From Zancudomyces culisetae HAW-14-8 (Eukaryota > Fungi > Kickxellomycota), in assembly GCA_052426225.1 (NCBI GenBank), contig JBNJNM010000015.1, forward strand, positions 558,001 through 622,000: a stretch of DNA of 64,000 nt, written 5' to 3'. A program made the translations under genes and the position numbers. This document shows, piece after piece, positions 25,911 through 37,758 of this stretch. Under the pieces are notes generated by a model, which did not search any database, was not told the DNA's origin, and worked only from the letters and a program-made list of their open reading frames with translations. Within the stretch, counting starts at the first letter, position 1. Every line of letters starts with the position of its first letter.

Positions 25911-27046
25911 GTAAGTCACTTTTTTCTTTTTCTTGTTTGGTTTGTCGTGTTATACATATATATATATATACATTTGGATGTCTTTTTTTTATAAAAAGAA
26001 AAACCAACAACAATGAATAAAAACACCTGTTATAAATATAATGACAGTACTGTTATTTTTACCTTGTCATTTTTTTTTCGGGTTGCTTTGTATATATTCG
26101 ATTTTAGTTCCCTTTTAAAATATATGAAGAAAGAAAAAGGAAGAGTGATAGTGAGAGTTAGAGTGAGAGTGAGAGTAACAAGAACAAAAAAATCGAACGA
26201 TGATACTTTAAATTGAATATGCTTAAAAAAAAAAAATTAAAAAAAGCTTTTGTTGGTATATTTTTCAAAGTGCACTTGCTCATTTTGACAAGGAATTGCA
26301 TGGGCGAGGTGCTTTTTTTTTAAACACTTTTTTAGTACGTGAGTGTATGTGTCAATGTGTGGATGTGTGGATGTGTGTGATTATCCATTGATTTTTTTCT
26401 GGGAATTACTGGTTTAAAGAATGGATTAACTTGCGAAATAATCAATATGCTTGGTATTTCTAAATCCCCAAGAGTTAAAAAAGTACATCAAACCAAAAAA
26501 AACAAAAAAACATCCTTTAAAACCCCAAGTTGTCCTTGAGAAATGACAGGAGAGTGTGAGTGTGAGAGAGTGAGAAAAAGAGACAAAAAGTTGATTGAGT
26601 TTGTGTGTGGATCCATGAAAGCCGAGTGTTTTGGTATTGCAGGTTTAATTAATTTAGAGATGAAAATTGGTATTGACACGTCCTTTGCTTTTTTATTTTT
26701 ATATTCATTTTTGGATAATTTGGTGGTTATTGGTAAACTCAGTTATTCCAAAAACCTATACCGTATCTAAAAAAAAACATAAAAAAAAAATCCCCCCGCT
26801 AATTAAAAAGAGTGATAATCACGGATAAAAGTTTTGAAACTCAATTTTGTTAGCTTTAAAAGTTTGGAATTACGTTAAATTTCGTAATACCAATTGAAAA
26901 TACGAGTTTTACAGCGTCTAATCCCGCCTTTATAAACTAAAACTAAAACTAAAACAAAAACAAAAACAAAAGCTAAAACGAAAACGTAAACATAGTATAA
27001 AAGTGGAAATAAAAAGTAAAATAATAATAATAATAATAATATATAG

Positions 27047-29889
27047 GTTTGGAGTTTGAAGAGGATATAATTAGTCAAGTAATTGAAAAAAAGAAAAAGT
27101 CAAATCGGTTGAAATATATTGTAGGCCTATTGGTGGTAATTCTGGTACTAGGAGTATTTATAAACACAACAAACAAACAAAAGATGACTAGCCACAAAAG
27201 TCAAACTGCAAGCAGAGTTGAGGAGGTAGAGGACAGAGAAATCCTTCCAGCATCTGTCAAGCCCGTTCATTATGATTTGAGTTTGACACCACATCTTGAA
27301 AAACTGGAATTTGAGGGACAAGTAGCCATTGACCTTGAGGTTAAGGAAGCCACCGACAAAATAGTGTTGAATTCCAATGAGTTGACAATCAAACAGGTCG
27401 TAGTGGAATCAAGCAGTGAAGGACAACAGACCAAAACACAGGAAGTAGCAAAGGGTAAGTACGATGTGGATCCCGAAATGGAAAGACTCACCATCCAGCT
27501 CGATGAAAAGTTGCAAGTAGGAAGCAAAACCGTGTTGAAACTCAAGTTTTCAGGTGTACTAAACGACTTGATGGTCGGGTTCTACCGAAGCAAGTACACC
27601 GATGGCCAGGGTAATGAAAAAAACATGGCAACAACACAGTTTGAACCAACTGATGCACGACGAGCATTCCCATGTTGGGACGAGCCAGCTTTAAAGGCCA
27701 CATTTACAGTCACACTGCATGTGCCAAAGGGACTCACTGCCTTATCCAACATGGAGGTGGAAAGTGATCAGGAAGGTAGTAACGGATTGCGAGAAGTTCG
27801 GTTCGAAAAGACACCAATAATGTCAACCTATTTACTAGCATTTGTGGTAGGAGAATTGGAATATATCGAGGCATATACCAGTGGAAAATTCAACGAGAAA
27901 CCAATCCGATGCCGAATTTACACACCGCCAGGACAGAGTGAGCGAGGACAGTTTGCATTGGATGTAACAGTTAAAGTATTGGAGTACTTTGCAGAGATCT
28001 TTGGAATAGCATACCCACTTCCCAAGATGGACCAGGTAGCAGTACCAGATTTTGAAGCCGGTGCCATGGAGAACTGGGGATTGGTGACATACCGCACAAT
28101 AGCGCTATTGGTAGACGAGAAAAACAGTGGATCACGAGCCAAACAGCAAGTAGCAGCAACAGTTAGTCACGAGTTGGCACATCAGTGGTTTGGAAACCTG
28201 GTAACTATGGAGTGGTGGAGCGAGTTGTGGCTTAACGAAGGGTTTGCAACATGGGTTGGAAACTTGGCTGTGGATTATGTATTCCCAGAGTGGCAAACAT
28301 GGACTCAATTCTTGGTTGATGATTACTCGCGTGCACTGACTATGGATTCAATGCGATCTTCGCATGCCATCCAAGTGCCTGTCAAACGACCAGCCGACAT
28401 TAGTCAGATTTTTGATATTATCTCGTACTCCAAGGGTGCCAGTACAATTCGTATGTTGAGCGCGTATTTGGGACTGGATACGTTTTTGCAAGGTATTCGC
28501 TTATATTTAAGCAGACACAAATATGGTAATGCCTCAACTGATGATTTGTGGGCTGCACTTTCAGAGACTTCAGGCCGTGATGTCGCCAAGTTTATGAAAT
28601 TGTGGACCAAAACAGTTGGATATCCTCTGCTGACTGTCTCAGCTTCAGAAAACAGCACCACCAACAACAACAGCATTACAGTTACACAATCTCGGTTCCT
28701 TTCTAGTGGCCATGCCACCCCAGAAGAAGATACTACTGTCTGGTGGGTTCCATTGTTGATGAGCACTGGTGTTGATGGAAATAGCGGTGGCCAAATTGCA
28801 GACGCTGTTTTGTCTACCCGTTCCGCTGAAATCCCACTTCCTGCAAACTTTACAAACGAATGGTACAAGCTAAACACAGGAACCGTCAGTTTGGTGCGAG
28901 TCAAATACCCTGATGCCGCAATCAGCCGACTATCTGCAGCCATTGAACAAGGCAAATTGGCATTGAACGACCGTATTGGTCTAGTGGCAGATGCTGGTGC
29001 TCTAGCTTATTCAGGCCATAGCAAGACCAGCCATTTCCTGACCCTGTTGCTATCATTTAAGGATGAAGACAATCTAGTTGTATGGCAAGAAATCGCTATC
29101 CGTCTCGAAGCACTCATGAGCGCTTGGAATGAAGAACCCGATTCCACCATCGACAAACTCAAGAATCTGCAACGCTCGTTGTTTGCTGGTCTAGTTGCTC
29201 GTGTCGGCTGGGAACCAACTCCTGGCGAAGACTCGCTGACTTCTCGACTTCGATCGCTAGCTATCCGCGCTGCTGGAATGGCTGGCGACCAAGCCATCAT
29301 TGACGAAGCAAAACGCCGCTTCAACCGATTCTTGGTTGACGACGACTCCTCAGCTTTGCATTCCGATCTGCGTGCCCCTGTCTTTGCTCTAGCTATTTAT
29401 TACGGCGGACTTGACCAATACAACCTGGTCAAAAACTACTACCTCAACACTTCTTTGCCAATGGACCAACGCATCATTGCTCTCAACAGTCTGGGCTCTA
29501 CCAACAACCCCGACATTGCCAAACTTACCCTTGACTTTGTCTTGTCTGACCATGTCCGCAGCCAAGATCTGTACAACGGTCTCCTCTATCTTTCTACCCA
29601 CAAAAATACCCGCTCCCTACTATGGAACTGGTATACTTCCAATTACGAAATGTTGCTTGATCGTTACCGCGCATCCATGGCCAGCTTGGGTATTATGGTC
29701 AAAATCTGTGCTGGTGAGTTCAGCTCAACTGCCCAAGCCGATCTTGTCTCTGCTTTCTTTGACGATAAAGATACTTCCAAGTTCTCTAGAGCTTTGGATC
29801 AGACTCTAGAACGCATTAGAGCTAAAGCTGCTTGGGTATCTCGTGATCGTTCTGATGTTGACTCTTGGTTGGCCTCCCATAACTATTAA
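27047..29889 (+). CDS. APE2: M1 family (puromycin-sensitive/Ape2-like) zinc aminopeptidase; first in-frame ATG at 27184
   Basis: TQFEPTDARRAFPCWDEP, GAMENWGL, HELAHQWFGNLVT...WLNEGFA (HExxH-x18-E), and an ERAP1-like C-terminal domain. Confidence 0.93.
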
Positions 29890-30090
29890 TTTACTTTATT
29901 TTTTCTCTCTTTGATTCTATTTTATTTTATTCTATTCTATTCTATTCTATTCTATCATATCCTATCCTAATTTACCCCTTTTTAAAAATAAATATTCTCA
30001 AAATCCCTCTCGTTTCTCCTTTCTCTCTCTTTCCCTCACAATCTCCTCCTTTCGCTTTTATTTTCGCTTTTATTTTTAAATTTTATTTTT

Positions 30091-30450
30091 TTATTGTTCG
30101 TTTTCTTTTCCTTTTTGTTCTCCACTACCATGTTGCTGGTAATAGTATCCTGCTGGAACCTTTAAATCCAATTCTTTAACCTTTTGTCTTCCTGCGCCTC
30201 CACCGATACCACTGTTTCCATCTGTAGGAAGAACTTGTTGTAGATAGTCACTGAATTTCAATCCGCCATATCCAATTCCCATCATTACCAATCCAAGCAT
30301 AATCCGATATTTGGGTTGAACCGCCTTGTATGTTTTCCAAAATCCAATTCCTCCTTCGCTTACATTTACTTTACTCTCCCCGGGAATCGGTTTGGATTTT
30401 ATATTTTCGTTTTGGTATTTGCCATTACCTTTTGCCTTGTATTGTTTCAT
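30091..30450 (-). CDS. Small single-pass membrane protein of unknown function
   Basis: 119 aa. FWKTYKAVQPKYRIMLGLVMMGIGYGGLKFSDYLQQVLP has one TM helix and resembles small conserved fungal proteins. Confidence 0.6.
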   Translation of the reverse strand: MKQYKAKGNGKYQNENIKSKPIPGESKVNVSEGGIGFWKTYKAVQPKYRIMLGLVMMGIGYGGLKFSDYLQQVLPTDGNSGIGGGAGRQKVKELDLKVPAGYYYQQHGSGEQKGKENEQ

Positions 30451-30759
30451 TTTTCTTGTATGTTTATGTTTATGTTTATGTTTATATTTTTCACTTTTTC
30501 ACTTTAGAACTGATTTGTATTAGAGATTTTATTTATAAATACAATCAAGTTGACAAGTAAAAAAAAAATATTTTAATATCACAAGATTCTAATTATCTAA
30601 ATCTATTAATTATCTACTACCCAGATTAAAATATTTTCTCTCCCGATTTCTCACCCTACATTACCTTGCTCAAAAAATCGTTAAACATTAAACAAGAAAT
30701 AACAGATATTAGCCTTTATAAGGTTTCAAGTTCTCTTTATTATTTTGATTTTGATTTTT

Positions 30760-33030
30760 TAAAAGATCTACTTTAGATATAATTCAACTCATTGATATTG
30801 ACTTGAAATTATTTGCTTAGTTTTATGGCAATAAGGCAATTCATATAAACTATTATTTAAGAAATGCTTTTGACTAAGAATTAATATTGGTCAAATGTTT
30901 GTATACGGATAAGCGGAGATGACAGTTTTATTAAATGGTAAAATGCATCATAAAATAAATACAAAAAACCCTAAAGAAAATACATCTCCAAAATAATGTA
31001 AACAGTTAAATCGTGTCTCCGATAGTACTTTGCAGGCTGGGATTGCTCGTAAAATGTCTGTTCAATCCTTTGTTATGCAAACTATTGACATTTTCATCCT
31101 TTAACTCTTATTTCTCGAATTTTTCCTGGACATGATTATTGCAGTCAGCTAATATATCCGCATCTAAATCTTGCCAACTGGTTGAACTTTCTTTATCGTG
31201 CCTAGCCTTAATTTCGAGTAGCTTTAATTTCGACTCGATTCTGATCTGTTTATCCATTCTCTCACTTTTCATTTTCTCAATAGCGTAGTCTTTGTAATAG
31301 GATGCGAGGAACAGGAGTATCACAGGAACCTCGATTATTAATACTTCGCTATAAGTGAAAAAAAACTTGATAGTATTGAATAAAAAGTCAAATATATATA
31401 ATACACTAGGTCTTATAAATATTATAAAAAATATGATGTTTGTTAGCCTCTTTATCGTGGTTGACGATGATCTTTTTATACTTGAAGAGGTTGCCATATT
31501 CAGTACCGGTGAAGTTTTTATTCCAGTTGTAGATATATTCTATACTTGTTAATTTCTTTTAATAAACAGATCTGAAAGGTGTTTTATCAAATATAGTGGT
31601 CTTTATTATCATCTATACAAAGATTAACAATTTTTAAAAATGGATAGTGCGTTGAATGAGCAAATTTATTGGATTTGGTAAGAAATTATAAGATGGAAAT
31701 ACTTGTTAAATGTGATACTACAAAGGCAGTATAATTGTTTATATTGTTTTTTTTGTGGTGCTAGCATTGCAGTGAAAGTTTAGCATTAGTAAATTCTTCA
31801 TCAAAGTCAGTTTTATTTATTTTGCCAGTGTTGAAAAAAGGAATTGAAAGTAAAACAACTTGAAAACTAGCTATATTTTTCAAACAACGGTCTTACATTT
31901 GGTAGATTATTATTACAGTTTGATGTAATTTATCCTGAATGCCAAGTATTTTTATTTATAGTTTCTTTTTGTTGAAATGTAAATAAGTCTTTGGGTATAG
32001 TTTTAAATTAGTAATATGCTGTGGTTTTGATCTCTTGAAACCCAAACAAACAGTTTAGTTGTAAAAATAAAGAATATTGATGTTTAAATATTAACAAATA
32101 AATACCAAAAATACTAAATAATTGAGCTTCATTTTAAATACAAGACCTAAATCTGGTTTTAAGAGATAATAGATGGTTGTAACTCTACACACTGATTTTC
32201 TTGTACGAGTTTTTTTCACTTTTCTTTACAAGTGTTATTTAATAAAGATCATTTACTTTGTATATAAACAATATAATTTCTGTATCAAGATTCAGCTTTT
32301 TATGTCAGATATCTAAAAGAAAACACATAACCTAGTTATTGATCTTAGAGTTCATGTATAAACATCCAATTACCAATATGAGTAACTCTAAACCAAAACA
32401 TAATTGGATTTTTGGTTTTATAATAGAAGCTTAATTTATGCTTATACTCAGGTTCTGTTACACACTTTTTGCATCAATTTATTTATTATTAAATTCAACA
32501 AGGTTTAGCTCACTATATCAGTCATTTAAGCTCTACAAAAATTATAAACTCACCATCTAGTTCTTTGTTCGATATACTTTCTAGGAATTCTAAATATGTT
32601 GTTGACTATAATGAATCTAATTATGGTATATATATTTACCGAATTTAAACCCCAAACACACTAGAATTTCGGTAGTCGTAATATCATTTTTTTTCTTTCT
32701 TTATATTTACCTTTTTCGTTAAATTCCCTCGTCCAACAAAACTCGATTTATCTTTTATAAGGTACCATTTCAACTAGGCCTTAACTTAAAAATTATATTT
32801 TTCGAAAATATCAGGAATTTGTCTAGAAACATTAATATCTTCCCACTACAACATATTAATGTTGTTCTTGTCAGTATTTTTCATGGAAATTATCAAAAGT
32901 ATGTATTTGTTATCACCGAATGCATATTTACTTGCAACTATTACATTTGAGGACGGAAGGAGTAAGGTAGAGGAAACAATTATATCAACACTTTTTTATT
33001 TTCTTTATAGAAGGTCACTGTTAAATAACT
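30760..33030. repeat. Module A, copy 1 (diverged direct repeat of ~40175-42790)
   Basis: Collinear matches: 30761 aaaagatctactttagat / 40177 aaaagatttactttgagat; identical 54-mer 31753-31806 / 41416-41469; gcttaatttatgct.atactcaggttctgt; aaactcaccatctag; 32800 / 42462. Confidence 0.9.
31108..31497 (-). CDS. Orphan small membrane protein, family A copy 1
   Basis: 129 aa, two hydrophobic segments then a charged helix (RIESKLKLLEIK). Paralog at 40722-41126. Confidence 0.7.
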   Translation of the reverse strand: MATSSSIKRSSSTTIKRLTNIIFFIIFIRPSVLYIFDFLFNTIKFFFTYSEVLIIEVPVILLFLASYYKDYAIEKMKSERMDKQIRIESKLKLLEIKARHDKESSTSWQDLDADILADCNNHVQEKFEK

Positions 33031-33399
33031 GTATCTGACCTTGATATTTCATCTTGCAATTTATTCTAGATGGTTTGTTTTTGAGTATTTATAACATCAG
33101 ACATATAAAATATTTAATTTTTTACAATAGTAAACGCCTAAATATACGAAACTATGAATATCTAAAAACAAATTAGCCGTGCGAGTCGTGCGAGTTTTGA
33201 TTATGTTAGCTGGTAAGTATGAAACTTTATGTCCAGCAATACACACATAAACTAAATTTTAAAGCTGCAATAACTAGACTATAAAAGTATTACTATTTAC
33301 TAATACAATACTACACTTATTATACATAGTACTCTGATAACATAAAAAAAGTATAAATACTTATAAATTCCTTGTAGAATTCTTTTTTCAAAGCTTCAA

Positions 33400-34225
33400 A
33401 AACCTTGAGAAAATTATCTTTGAGAAAAGTGTCGGACGTGGCTGGACTGGCCACGCTCCTTAGTCGGGTTTCTCATGGAATCCATCTCTCTTTGAACCAC
33501 TCCTTCAAGAAAAGAGAATGGATCACGTGACGCTTCCGGTTCTATTTCCATAGAAGTAGCTTCGGAACGATCACTATCCGAGGAGTACCGCCCCTCATCC
33601 TTGAATCTCTGGATGATGGCAGCGCGCAGATGACCCATAAGACCTGACATGAGATTTTAGTAATTTTAAACTTTTAGCCGTAGCACTATTATATGATTAT
33701 ATTAATTTTCAATAAACTTGTATTAAACAGAATCCTTCTTGTTCAATGTCTTTATTTCTTACTGTTATGAATATGTTTTAAACTACTAAAAGAGCTAAAG
33801 AGACTCCTAATGAGATCTCTTTGGCTTTTATATATGTTAATTGCTAATTTTAAAACTATTACTAATCTTATCCTATTAATATTTAATATATCCGCTATCT
33901 CTTCATATTATGCTTTGTGGTCGTCCTCATAGTTTGACTCATTTTTCATAGTTGATTATATACTCTTTAATTTAATTAAATATACTAATAATAATAAATT
34001 CTTTTTATGTCCTTATTTCATTTTGTAATTTTTCTCTTGGATTTTTGATCTGACTATTTCCTTCATTTTATGATCAGTAATAATCTTCATATTTTTGATT
34101 GTTAATGGTTAAATAAAATTCATTTCATTTTTAGATAATTGAATAATTTCCTTTGAATATTTATATATTCCCAAGAAATCGGATTAAGTTGGAATTCAAC
34201 CCAGAACACACGACAAAAGGAAACG
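33400..34225. repeat. Module B, copy 1 (diverged direct repeat of ~39340-40150)
   Basis: Shared ORF start plus upstream matches: cgtagcactatt, and aaactactaaaagagctaaagagactcc / aaactattaaagagctaaggaatcc. Confidence 0.8.
33414..33650 (-). CDS. Orphan 78-aa hydrophilic protein, family B (intact copy)
   Basis: GC-richer than its flanks. MSGLMGHLRAA...SDSDRSEATSMEIEPE; decayed paralog at 39367-39610. Confidence 0.6.
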   Translation of the reverse strand: MSGLMGHLRAAIIQRFKDEGRYSSDSDRSEATSMEIEPEASRDPFSFLEGVVQREMDSMRNPTKERGQSSHVRHFSQR

Positions 34226-34257
34226 TTTCTTGAAATTATAAAATAGAAAAAAAAAAG

Positions 34258-34725
34258 GTAGCAAGCGCACTCTGCGTTACTTCAAGATTTGCAGCCGGAA
34301 CTGCGATTTCATACACTCAGATAACCGATGCAAAAGAAGAACCTGGCTACAGCACCAGTATCTGTTATAAAGGTCATCATCACGGACTTCAACTTAATGA
34401 GCTTCATCTTGAGAATCTCTACAAATATACTAGGAAATTCAAATATTTAAAACGAGTTTTTATAGAAATCAAATAAAGAAAAAGTAACAAAACCAAATCG
34501 TTACTACAATTTACCAAGTATTTGTTTTGCGCGCCTTGATGGCACTAAGCCTGGTGCTGGTTCAGTCACGTTTTATGCTGTAATCAAATTTCTAGAAAAG
34601 GCTGTATACAAACGAAGAACTTTGCTCCCACAGCAAACGCGCAGTCTGAGCTAGATGAACAAGCAATGTCAGTATATTGGTTCAATCCAAGATTTCTTAG
34701 TTATTTAAAACTTACCAGCCTTTAA
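34258..34725 (+). pseudogene. Decayed secreted crystallin-like family C gene (5' truncated, frameshifted)
   Basis: Three frames join as VASALCVTSRFAAGTAI... / KPNRYYNLPSICFARLDGTKPGAGSVT / LCCNQISRKGCIQTKNF...MSVYWFNP. These align with PNRCY, GSGVMLLCRQRNCQGVC and SMKW of the neighbouring paralogs. Confidence 0.6.
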
Positions 34726-35438
34726 CATGTTTCATATTTATTCTCATAGACAATATTATTTAATTAAATATGATTTGGTAGTATCTATGTTATTCTATTC
34801 ATTAATACTGTGTACTTTTAGCCACTTTTATTAATATGGCTTTTTTTAAGTTTTTTATAGTATTTCATCAATCTAAATAAATAAACGAGATCAATATACC
34901 TACTTTTGTAACCGAATGATATTGGGATGATTTATTATGAACGATTATACTTTCATGTATGACTAAGATACAACCAATGTAAACCAGTTGTGCTAAAATT
35001 ATTGACAGTTCTTATTAAGCCTACCTTACCAAGGGTGAAACTAGTGTAACAGTTGATGTATTATTGAATATAAATGTTTTAATTAAATCATAGCAATCAT
35101 AATATCTTATATACTTATATTAATTCATAGAATTGGAGATCTTATACAGAGTCTAGTTGTGTGCATAAAATTAAATAAGAAAAATCGATATTTGTGCTGC
35201 CTGATTTATATAGAATAGAACTTTCACTAATGTGGTAATAGTAATCCAATGCTCAAATTTTTGTTACATCCAGGGCCAGAGATGTTTTTACAACCATCTA
35301 ATCAACCTACGAGTATGGCATGTTTGATTTTTACATTTTTTGATAACTTTATTCAAAGCAGTTTATTTAAAGATTCACTAAATATCTAAATAAGCAAAAT
35401 AAATTAAACTAATTGTTTCAATTTCTAGGATATGTTAG

Positions 35439-35870
35439 TTAAACAATCCAAGCATAGGATTTTGAATAGCCTTTATTAACATACCACCATACATCATCAA
35501 TCTGGATTCCTGGGTTTATAAAGGTATAACAGTCAGTTGAACAATTTTTATCTCTGCAAGCCATAAAGGCAACCCTTTTGACACCTGTTGCACTAATTCT
35601 TACTGATGTAAAATCGGGTGCTGCGTAACATCTATTTGGTTCGGGAGTGAAACTACCTTGATAGCCTCGATAGTAGCTGTAATGCCATAAGTTGATCTTC
35701 ATACTACCATATTTGAATATCGCCGGGCTAGCACCAAGTCCTGGAAATCCTCTTTCACTTGTTGTGTCTAGGGTTTGGTTCTGTCCGCTCTGTGGCAAAG
35801 CCGAACTAACTACCAGAGTGGTGAAAATGCTGAAAATACTGAGGATGCTGAGAATTGTTGACTTGATCAT
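35439..35870 (-). CDS. Small secreted Cys-containing protein, beta/gamma-crystallin-like (family C, intact)
   Basis: Signal peptide MIKSTILSILSIFSIFTTLVVSSALP, pro-region ending SER, and mature INLWHYSYYRG...PNRCY...S...CRDKNCSTDC...SYAW with 4 Cys. Confidence 0.8.
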   Translation of the reverse strand: MIKSTILSILSIFSIFTTLVVSSALPQSGQNQTLDTTSERGFPGLGASPAIFKYGSMKINLWHYSYYRGYQGSFTPEPNRCYAAPDFTSVRISATGVKRVAFMACRDKNCSTDCYTFINPGIQIDDVWWYVNKGYSKSYAWIV

Positions 35871-37398
35871 TTTCGGTTTTTGTATTCCTTTTTCAATGAG
35901 GTTTGGATTGCTGAAATTCAGTTGAATGTGGTGTAATGTCTTTCAATATCGAAAAAATAGTTCCTTTTATACTTTTCACCTACAATGAATATGCCACTAA
36001 CCATTTTAGTAGAAGTTAGGCTTAAATAATTGTATTGACATGTTATTATGTCCATCATCCTGAATATAATATGTGTGTATACTTCTCCCTTAGTTAATCT
36101 GATATTATTAATAGATACTTGACTTCATTGATTTACCCAATATAATGAAACTAGTATAGCTAACATCAGTATGACGAGTTTATATTTAGTAAACTTTTGT
36201 ATAATAATCTGTGTAGCGATCGATAACTAATTATAGATTTTTATAAAAATATAGTAAACTAGGACTATCTGCGAGTAACATCAACATATGAATATCACAT
36301 TGTGTGATATATTACACTGTGATTTGATAATGATTCTATTACAACTTTGCTTATTATACCAAAATGCTTTTGAATAATTCATTAGTGTAAGTGCTGCCTT
36401 CCTACAGGCTAGAAACTTAAATTTGCTACTCGTCTTTTACAATGCTCTTTGACCTTGTTAGTTAAGTGGTGTATTCTTAGGGGAGAGGTCTAAAAACGTA
36501 ATTTTAGGTAAACAACAAATTTGTAATTATTACCAATCTAATTATTAAACTCAATGACTGCCTCTTGTCGGGAAGAATGGAAATAAGGAGTAATATTCCT
36601 TGAAATTGCAGGAGCCGATCACTTTGTCGGTTTTACAACGTTTCCAAGACACCTAATGGTATGTGGGTCTGTTTTCTCTTTTTAATTGGAAGTTTGTGGA
36701 ATAGTGTTATTTTTAGACGAACTTAAAATGTCGCTCTAAATCAATCTTCTCAAGTAGTAAATCGATTTTGAATGTGATATTTATTTATTTTGATTACATA
36801 ACCTTATTACTTGTTGGGGTTAAGTGCTTTTAAGGTTCATAGTTGAGAAATCAAATAATAAAAACAGAATGTAATATTATGTAATAATTACAAATGAATT
36901 TGTATGTTAGTTTGATAAGATTATGTCAATTCAGAAAAAATTGCTTAACTATCTTATAAAGTACACTTGTTCTAGTAAACCACCACAATTTGTCTAAAAG
37001 ACGTAAAAAAGTTGTCAAAGGTTAAAATTAGAAGCTATATATTACATACTTGCAAAAATATATCACATCCTAGTACATTGACTTTCAATTCGATACTCTT
37101 GATTGTCGAACTGCTCTTCACCTCTCTAAAATTAGAATGCTGTTACAAAGTAGTTAAAAATAACACAGTTAGATATCATTAATACAAGCTAAAGATAGTT
37201 ATAGAAAAAAATTTATGATGAGGAAAAGTATGAAAGGTTCAAAGTATCACTGGAATAAAAAAATATCAACTTTGGTATTCCATCAAGCATCACAATAAGA
37301 CATACTCATACTATTATTCATCTTCATAGTCATCGTCATTTCCACACTGCATCAGTGCATTAGCCTCTCACAATTTTCTTTAAAGTCGAGTAACAAAT

Positions 37399-37758
37399 AT
37401 GGTAAAGTCAACGCTAGCACTTCTTGCGTCCGCAGTTGCCGCATTTCCAGTAAACGCCTCATTCCAAACCCTACACGCCATAATATTCTAAGACTATCGT
37501 TTTTCAGGTGCTGTCGTGAACGAATTCCAAATGGTAAAACACCAATGTTATAGCATTAACCAGGGTACCTCAGCACAATTTCTTGACCCCACAGATGGAT
37601 CAGGAGTAATGTTGTTATGTAGGCAAAGGAACTGTCAGGGTGTATGTACAGCTAACGAAAATTTTATAAGTACAGGTCTGTGGAATTTCCCAGAAGATCT
37701 CAAATCAGGCCCTCTCTCAATGAAATGGATAGCATTTGGTCAGGCTGCTAATGAATAA
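37399..37758 (+). pseudogene. Family C secreted protein with a single in-frame TAA at codon 31 (37489-37491)
   Basis: MVKSTLALLASAVAAFPVNASFQTLHAIIF*DYRFSG...HQCY...S...LLCRQRNCQGVC...SMKW. Same 4-Cys spacing as 35439-35870. Confidence 0.75.
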
